A DNA stretch of 64,000 bases. Origin: Lentisphaerae bacterium GWF2_38_69. Lineage in GTDB: Bacteria > Verrucomicrobiota > Lentisphaeria > Victivallales > GWF2-38-69. Location of the stretch: contig MHBE01000047.1 of the NCBI GenBank assembly GCA_001803205.1, positions 1,308 to 65,307 of the forward strand, given 5' to 3'. Shown here piece after piece: positions 57,829-64,000 of this stretch. Numbering within the stretch: position 1 is the first letter of the stretch; every line of letters begins with the position of its first letter. Made by a program: the position numbers and the translations under genes. The notes under the pieces were generated by a model. That model saw nothing but the letters and a program-made list of their open reading frames with translations. It did no database searches and had not been told where the DNA came from.

Positions 57829-58884
57829 ATGACAGGAAAAAATGCATTAATTATTTTGCTCTCAGCGGTTATTTTAAGTGTAATATCCCTTTTTCTGCTT
57901 CTTAATAAAAATACTTTCGTGTCATCCTACAACAGCGTAATAGGAAAAACATTGCTTCCTTATTTCGCTGAAGCTGAAATTAAAGAAATAAAAATACTCA
58001 AACCCGGAGGAAGAAGCATTAGCCTAGTGAAAAACGAAAACGCTCAATGGAGTGTAGGCAACCATTTTAATTATCCGGCAGATACAGAAAAAATAAACGC
58101 GATTTTGCAGGAGCTTGCTTCTCTTAAAGCAATTCAGACTGTAAACATTGAACCTGAACAGTTTAAGGCTCTAAAGCTCATCCATCCTTCTGACAATGAA
58201 AAGAACACTGGAACAGAAATCCGCGTCATTGGATTGGACAACAAAACAATCTATTCTCTAATAGCTGGAACGAAAAGAATAGACTCATCTGGATCAGCTA
58301 AAATTACAAAAGGCAGGTATATTCTACTATCTAACTTAAAAGAGCCTGTCCTATGCGAAGAAAATCTGGATGAAACAAAGTACTCGGCAAAAGAATTTCT
58401 CCGTCCGGAATTTTTAACTATTAAAGACATAAAAAAAATACAGCTTAACAAAGGCAGTAACTTATTATGGACAATACTGAAGAAAGATCAGGATGCAGAG
58501 TTTGAACTTGCTGATAAAAATTCTGAAGATAAAGATATTAATATTAACAATGTCTATTCTATCGTTTCAACTTTAGAGTCTTTAAAGTTCGATTCAATAG
58601 CAGATCCTTCAATGAAACCTGCCTCTACAGGCTTGGATAAACCATATACGCTTAATGTAGAAACATTCGGGGGAAAGAACTATCAGCTGTTAATAGGGAA
58701 AAAATTTACAAATTATTATTATGTCAGGATAAAAGCCTCTTCTTTTGATGATGGAGAAAAATGGATATATTTGATAGACAAATCGCGGATTATTCCTCTG
58801 ATTCAAAGCCGTAAAGAACTGACTAACAGAAAGAAAAAAATCCAAATACATCCAGAAAAAATATATTCCAACCCGATAAGCTGA
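57829..58884 (+). CDS. DUF4340-like membrane-anchored protein accompanying GldG-type ABC systems
   Basis: 351-aa with an N-terminal TM helix. Its position directly after a GldG-like gene matches the usual DUF4340 context. The family call is from memory. Confidence 0.55.
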   Translation: MTGKNALIILLSAVILSVISLFLLLNKNTFVSSYNSVIGKTLLPYFAEAEIKEIKILKPGGRSISLVKNENAQWSVGNHFNYPADTEKINAILQELASLKAIQTVNIEPEQFKALKLIHPSDNEKNTGTEIRVIGLDNKTIYSLIAGTKRIDSSGSAKITKGRYILLSNLKEPVLCEENLDETKYSAKEFLRPEFLTIKDIKKIQLNKGSNLLWTILKKDQDAEFELADKNSEDKDININNVYSIVSTLESLKFDSIADPSMKPASTGLDKPYTLNVETFGGKNYQLLIGKKFTNYYYVRIKASSFDDGEKWIYLIDKSRIIPLIQSRKELTNRKKKIQIHPEKIYSNPIS

Positions 58885-58972
58885 TTATAAAACATAAAAG
58901 GAGAGTCGCAGTCTCTTCTCCTATGCGTGGAAACATAAAAAAATATCTCCCAAAAATCAATATATTATAGTT

Positions 58973-60301
58973 ATGAATCTGAACTTTAAAAAGAACGAAT
59001 TTTTCAGGGGAGCCTTATCTATCCTTAAGGCTCTAAGGGACAGAGGATTCGATTCCTATTTTGTAGGAGGCTGCGTAAGAGATGCCATTCTGGGAGTGGA
59101 AATTAAAGACATTGATATAGTTACATCAGCCCTCCCTTCACAGATAAATTCTATTTTTGATAGGACTCACAATATAGGCGCAGCTTTTGGCATAGTAAAT
59201 GTAGTAATAAATTCTATTAACTATGAGGTCGCTACATTTAGAAAAGAAACATCTTATAAAGACGGCAGGCATCCTGATTCGGTAGTTTTTGCAAAAACCC
59301 CTCAAGAAGATGCAATGCGGCGCGATTTCACAATCAACGCTCTGTTTTATGACCCGTTTCTCGATAGCATACTAGACTATAGCGAAGGTCTTTTAGACCT
59401 TAAAAGGGGGTTATTAAGAACTATCGGAAAAGCTGAAGGCCGGTTCAACGAAGACTACCTAAGGATGCTTAGGGCAATCAGATTCACTTTAAGATTTGGA
59501 TTCGATACAGCCCCGGAAATAATTTCATCAATAAAATTAATGGCTCCAAAGACTCTTTTGCTTTCAAAAGAAAGAGTAAGAGATGAATTGACCGGAATCC
59601 TTACAGGCCCGAATCCTGACAAAGGGCTCGATATGCTTTATCAATCAGGTATTCTTAAGGAGCTTTTACCTGATATATTTGCAATGAAAGGAATAAAACA
59701 GCCTCCTGAGTATCACCCTGAAGGTGATGTTTTTGAACATACAAAATTGATGCTTTCTCACATGCCCTGCCCTTCGGATGAACTTGCCTGGGCAATCCTG
59801 CTTCATGATGTAGGAAAACCTTCCACTTTCAAAATCCGGGATGACGGAAGGGAAACATTCGTTTGTCATGCTGATTGCGGAAGCATGATTTCCGAAAAAA
59901 TTTTGAAAGAGCTCAAATTTCCTGCTCTTTTTACAAACAATGTCTGCTATGCCGTTAAAAACCACATGCGCTTTGCCTCTGTGACAGAGATGCGTCCTTC
60001 TAAATATAAAGCAATTATAGCAGCTTCAACTTTTCCGCTGGAGCTTGAGCTTCACAGGATTGACTGCATTTCTAGCAATAAGTTTACTGATTCATATACT
60101 TTTCTTCTTGATAAACTTATTGAACAAAACGGCGAAAGGATCCTTCCGGAAAGGCTGCTCAAAGGAAAGGATCTGATAGAACTGGGATTTAAACCAGGCC
60201 CTGAATTTAGCAGAATTCTTGAAAAAATTGAAGAAATGCAGCATGACAAACTACTCAATACCAGAGAAGATGCCTTAGAATATATAAGAAGAAATTTTTA
60301 A
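58973..60301 (+). CDS. cca: CCA-adding tRNA nucleotidyltransferase with HD domain
   Basis: 442-aa. GGCVRDAILG...DIDIV polymerase head, RRDFTINAL, and a C-terminal HD motif (LLHDVGKP). Confidence 0.85.
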   Translation: MNLNFKKNEFFRGALSILKALRDRGFDSYFVGGCVRDAILGVEIKDIDIVTSALPSQINSIFDRTHNIGAAFGIVNVVINSINYEVATFRKETSYKDGRHPDSVVFAKTPQEDAMRRDFTINALFYDPFLDSILDYSEGLLDLKRGLLRTIGKAEGRFNEDYLRMLRAIRFTLRFGFDTAPEIISSIKLMAPKTLLLSKERVRDELTGILTGPNPDKGLDMLYQSGILKELLPDIFAMKGIKQPPEYHPEGDVFEHTKLMLSHMPCPSDELAWAILLHDVGKPSTFKIRDDGRETFVCHADCGSMISEKILKELKFPALFTNNVCYAVKNHMRFASVTEMRPSKYKAIIAASTFPLELELHRIDCISSNKFTDSYTFLLDKLIEQNGERILPERLLKGKDLIELGFKPGPEFSRILEKIEEMQHDKLLNTREDALEYIRRNF

Positions 60302-60334
60302 AAACTCTCAAATAATACTAGGATTTTATATAAG

Positions 60335-61624
60335 ATGAAAAGTTTTCTTATCGAAGGAACAAGAGTTCCCCTTGGAGGGCAAGTTACCGTAAGTGGAAAT
60401 AAAAACGCAGTCCTGCCGATGATTGCGGCATCTATACTTACTGACAAGACTGTAATCCTCCACAATGTTCCCAATATAGTTGATGTAAGTATTATGCTGA
60501 AGATAGCCCAGGATCTCGGAACATCAGTTAATTTTAGCGGAAATACTCTCACTCTCAGTACTCCATCAGTTCAAAATCCTGTTATTTCCAGAGAGTATTG
60601 CACTAAAGTCAGAACATCTCTTCTTTTTGCAGGCCCTCTTATAAACCGCGCGGGACATGCCTCGCTCTGGCCTCCGGGAGGAGATGTGATAGGAAGAAGG
60701 CGGCTTGACGGACACTTTTATGGTTTGATCTCTCTAGGTGCTCAAATTGAATATGAGGAAAAACCTTATACTTTTAAAGCATCAGCCAGACTGAAAGGAA
60801 GAGACCTCTTTCTCGACGAAGCCAGCGTCACTGCGACTGAACACCTCATGATGACTGCCGTGCTCGCAGAAGGTCAGACAACAATCAGAAATGCCGCTTG
60901 TGAACCCCATGTATGCGACCTGGGAGAACTTCTGATAAAAATGGGCGCTAATATTTCAGGTCTTGGAACGAATACTATAACCATAGAAGGAGTAGATAAA
61001 CTAAATGGCGCCGAACACACTGTTCAGGGCGACCATATCGAAGCTGCAAGTTTTCTCTGCCTTAGCGCGGCGACAGGTGGAGAACTTAATTTAAAAGGAA
61101 TTACCACAAGACATTTCTGGATGACACGGCGTGTATTTGAAAGATTTAATGTCAGGATGGAATTATATCCACAGGAAGGAAGAATCTTTCTGCCCGGCAA
61201 CCAGGAGCTTGAAGTTCAAAAGGATTTCGGCAATGCCATTCCGACTATAGACGACGGACCATGGCCACAATTCCCAACTGACATGATGAGCTGCATGATT
61301 GTTATGGCTACTCAGGCAAAAGGAACAATAATGTTTTTCGAAAAAATGTTTGAGTCTCGTATCTATTTCGTCGATAAACTTATAGCAATGGGAGCCACAG
61401 CTATTGTTTGCGACCCGCATAGAGCAGTAATTTCAGGTCCTACTCTCCTAAGGGCATCTGAACTGCCCAGTCCTGACATCAGATCTGGTATGGCTCTTCT
61501 GATAGCAGCTATGTGCGCAAAAGGAAAAAGTACTATCCATAATGTCGAAATGATTCAGCGTGGTTATGAAAATCTGGAAGCAAAACTTACTTCACTCGGC
61601 AGTAAAATAACTCCATTGAATTAA
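60335..61624 (+). CDS. murA: UDP-N-acetylglucosamine 1-carboxyvinyltransferase (Asp variant at the catalytic Cys position)
   Basis: 429-aa. VSGNKNAVLP, PPGGDVIGRRRLD (E. coli LPGGCTIGARPVD), and a C-terminal RGYE motif. Confidence 0.95.
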   Translation: MKSFLIEGTRVPLGGQVTVSGNKNAVLPMIAASILTDKTVILHNVPNIVDVSIMLKIAQDLGTSVNFSGNTLTLSTPSVQNPVISREYCTKVRTSLLFAGPLINRAGHASLWPPGGDVIGRRRLDGHFYGLISLGAQIEYEEKPYTFKASARLKGRDLFLDEASVTATEHLMMTAVLAEGQTTIRNAACEPHVCDLGELLIKMGANISGLGTNTITIEGVDKLNGAEHTVQGDHIEAASFLCLSAATGGELNLKGITTRHFWMTRRVFERFNVRMELYPQEGRIFLPGNQELEVQKDFGNAIPTIDDGPWPQFPTDMMSCMIVMATQAKGTIMFFEKMFESRIYFVDKLIAMGATAIVCDPHRAVISGPTLLRASELPSPDIRSGMALLIAAMCAKGKSTIHNVEMIQRGYENLEAKLTSLGSKITPLN

Positions 61625-61644
61625 GTGCCGTCAACAAATAAGAA

Positions 61645-63168
61645 TCACTGATAATTTATCATTACTGCCAGAATCATAAAGCCTATACTCAGAAGCATTA
61701 GATAAAGATAGAATTTCAAAATAAACTTGAACCATATTCCATATTCGATTCGAGCTACTCCCAGCGTTCCCATCAAAGCAGCCGAAACCGGCATTATACA
61801 GTGAGTCCACCCATCGCCTAATTGAAAGGCCAGGACGGCTATCTGCCGTCCGACTCCAACAAGGTCTGACAACGGAGCCATAAGAGGCATTGTAAGAGCT
61901 GCCTGTCCCGATCCGGATGTGATCAAGAAGTTAAAGAAAGCCTGTGCTATAAACATAGCTATCGCAGAAAAATATTCATTCAGTCCGCTGCAAAGCCTTG
62001 CTGATTCATGCAGAAATGTGTTTAACATCGTATAATCCCCCGGATTATCTCCTCCCATCATCTGCACTATTCCGTTTGCCATTCCTACAATAATTGCTGC
62101 AGGGAGCAAATCCGCAGCTCCTGACTTAAAAGACTTAGCAAGAGCATTTATATTCATATCATTAATTCTTCCTAGTGAGGCAATCAAACCTATTAGAAGC
62201 CCCATTGAAAAGAATTGCGTCGCCAATTCAGGAATATAATAATTTTCAAAAATTACCCCGTAAATTACCCAGATTATACCTGCGAATAAAACCGTTATAA
62301 TCAACCACGAGGTTATTCCGAAATGCTTTTTAAAATCAAATTCTGAAAGTTGGTTTCGAAAATATTCATCTCCCTGATAATTCATCGATTTGCTGGGATT
62401 TTTCTGAATCGAGCGAGCATGCGCAACTGTAAAAACAATTAAAGACGCAGTAAAAACTGCCCACATGACGATCCTGAAAAAAGCTCCGGAAAGGACAGGC
62501 ACATTGGCTATTCCCTGTGCTACAGCAACTGAAAAAGGATTCATCCATGAAGTGGCGAATCCGACCTGAGTAGCAAGATATGATACAAGCACAGCAGTAA
62601 TAGAGTCATATCCCATCGCAACCATCATAGGTGCGAGGATAAGAGCAAAAGGGATTGCTTCTTCGCTCATTCCGAATATTGCTCCTCCAAGAGAAAAAAG
62701 GCATATCAGAACCGGCAGGATAAGTATTTTTCTATTGCTCAACCTGCCAATAATTTTCATTATTCCGGCTTCTATTACGCCAGTTCTCATAATTATCCCA
62801 AAAGCTCCTCCTATTATTAGGATAAATATCATTATCCCGATTGCTCCGCCGTTTCGGCTTCCGGAAGTCATTCCGTCATAAACGAAATTTAGAAACCCTC
62901 TATTTCCGTCAACGCCAAAAAATGAAGGAGGAGAAGTTACTTCTACGCCCTGAGCATTCTTCTGAACCTGATAGCTGTCTGCAACTACTACAGTACGACT
63001 CTTTGTGATTCCTCCTGTCTCATAACTGACTTTATGGGTATCAAACTTTCCTGCAGGAACAATGAAACTGAGCAAATAAACTACAAATACAACAATAAAC
63101 AGAATCACGAGAGTGTCCGGAATATTTATCATTTTCGTTTTTTGCGAGAAAGAAGAAACCTCACTCAT
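61645..63168 (-). CDS. YfcC-family (DcuC-like, PF03606-type) membrane transporter
   Basis: 507-aa. The family-typical N-terminus (IPDTLVILFIVVFVVYLLSFIVPAGKFD) is followed by a soluble loop and ~12 TM segments. Confidence 0.8.
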   Translation of the reverse strand: MSEVSSFSQKTKMINIPDTLVILFIVVFVVYLLSFIVPAGKFDTHKVSYETGGITKSRTVVVADSYQVQKNAQGVEVTSPPSFFGVDGNRGFLNFVYDGMTSGSRNGGAIGIMIFILIIGGAFGIIMRTGVIEAGIMKIIGRLSNRKILILPVLICLFSLGGAIFGMSEEAIPFALILAPMMVAMGYDSITAVLVSYLATQVGFATSWMNPFSVAVAQGIANVPVLSGAFFRIVMWAVFTASLIVFTVAHARSIQKNPSKSMNYQGDEYFRNQLSEFDFKKHFGITSWLIITVLFAGIIWVIYGVIFENYYIPELATQFFSMGLLIGLIASLGRINDMNINALAKSFKSGAADLLPAAIIVGMANGIVQMMGGDNPGDYTMLNTFLHESARLCSGLNEYFSAIAMFIAQAFFNFLITSGSGQAALTMPLMAPLSDLVGVGRQIAVLAFQLGDGWTHCIMPVSAALMGTLGVARIEYGIWFKFILKFYLYLMLLSIGFMILAVMINYQ

Positions 63169-63470
63169 TATATCTCCTTAGTAATAGTTTGTTGTGTCTT
63201 TATTTATGTCGTTATTTTTGAGTCTACTTAAAACTGATTTCAATTCAATAGAGAACTTCCATTTAGATAGAAATTTTGAGTGATAAGAGAGCAGTATTTC
63301 ATATTTCAGTTGCCCTTACTTGGAAATACTATTATATTTAGAACATCAAATTATAATACTGCATAGAATAAGCTTACTGGCAGATTGTGGAAAATCTGTA
63401 CTTTTGAGCTAAACTTTAAGTAAATACTTAAGGTGGAAAAGAAAATTGTTTTGAGGCCATTAGAGAATAT

Positions 63471-64000
63471 ATGAAACTTTCAGAGTCTTTTATAGAAAAG
63501 CATAAGAGTTTGGTCAATTGGGATAAAGTATCCACATATCAAAAACTTTCCGAAGAGCTTATTGAGAAATATAAATATCTGGTAGACTGGAAAAAAATCA
63601 GCGCTTACCAAAAACTATCTGAAGAGTTTATAGATGCTCATAAGGAACTTGTCGATTGGCAATCTATTTGCGCTCATCAGAAATTATCTGAAACTTTTAT
63701 TGAGTCACATAAAGATTTAGTTGATTGGAAAACAGTCAGCAGCAATCAGAAACTGTCAGAAAAATTTATTGAAGAATTCAAAGACTTTCTGGACTGGAGT
63801 AATATCTGTTTGTATCAAAAACTCACAGAAAAATTTATTGAAAATCATAAAAACCTTATTGAATGGGAAGAAGTAAGCCTTCGCAAGGATCTATCAAAAT
63901 CATTAACCGAAAAATATAAAGATAAATTAAACTGGGGAATTATCAGCCATAGGCATTGGCTCTCTGAATCTTTTATTGCAAACAACAAAGAATATGTTGA
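63471..64000 (+). CDS. Repeat protein made of tandem 23-aa units (3' end outside the window)
   Basis: ATG at 63471, open to the window end, and therefore absent from the ORF track. Translation: M-KLSESFIEKHKSLVNWDKVSTYQ-KLSEELIEKYKYLVDWKKISAYQ-KLSEEFIDAHKELVDWQSICAHQ-... Confidence 0.75.
   Translation, partial: MKLSESFIEKHKSLVNWDKVSTYQKLSEELIEKYKYLVDWKKISAYQKLSEEFIDAHKELVDWQSICAHQKLSETFIESHKDLVDWKTVSSNQKLSEKFIEEFKDFLDWSNICLYQKLTEKFIENHKNLIEWEEVSLRKDLSKSLTEKYKDKLNWGIISHRHWLSESFIANNKEYV
63474..64000 (+). repeat. In-frame 69-bp tandem repeat array (at least 7.6 units) within the repeat-protein CDS
   Basis: Unit consensus [KD]LSExFIExxKDLVDWxxIsxxQ, with no phase slips across 63474-63956. An eighth unit starts at 63957. 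Confidence 0.85.

Noticed and set aside
63528-63536. DnaA-box-like GTATCCACA
   Set aside because: It is a single imperfect copy inside a coding repeat, with no cluster of boxes or AT-rich unwinding element, so it is not an origin.
63474-64000. Regular 69-bp periodicity considered as a CRISPR-like or satellite array
   Set aside because: There is no repeat-spacer alternation. The whole array is one open reading frame with amino-acid-level conservation, so it is a coding tandem repeat.

Overview
AT-rich bacterial chromosomal segment, densely coding, with about 50 protein genes, one tmRNA, and no rRNA, tRNA or CRISPR array seen. Housekeeping genes (proS, asnS, pyk, murA, cca, a 5'-3' exonuclease, an RNase II-family enzyme) are interleaved with many transporters: a MalK-type ABC ATPase, EamA, TauE, MFS, an APC permease, YfcC, two tandem MFP-RND efflux modules, and a GldA/GldF-GldG/DUF4340-type ABC system. 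Signalling genes include a hybrid histidine kinase, an NtrB/NtrC-like pair, REC-GGDEF and a Ser/Thr kinase. Catabolic enzymes include a GH13 alpha-glucosidase, a GH3 hexosaminidase, adenine deaminase, a CyuA-like desulfidase and an aldehyde dehydrogenase. A Minf_1886-like protein and a MurA with Asp in place of the catalytic Cys hint weakly at a PVC-type lineage; this is not verifiable here. Items most worth a second look: (1) a glutamate/dicarboxylate-symporter-fold protein fused to a periplasmic family-3 solute-binding domain, between two paralogous RND modules; (2) a nickel superoxide dismutase whose pro-peptide looks like a genuine Sec signal peptide ending exactly at the essential His1, with no SodX nearby; (3) a 1.5-kb ORF-free block (7.9-9.4 kb) made of short tandem word repeats and GC-rich hairpins, one element of which recurs inverted at 12.5 kb so that the pair brackets the hybrid kinase gene; (4) a eukaryote-type GDA1/CD39 NTPDase; (5) a decayed integrative island next to the tmRNA 3' end; (6) a protein made of perfectly phased 23-aa repeats that runs off the window. 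Several other gene remnants indicate ongoing gene decay. All functional calls come from reading motifs in the translated ORFs. No database search was possible.
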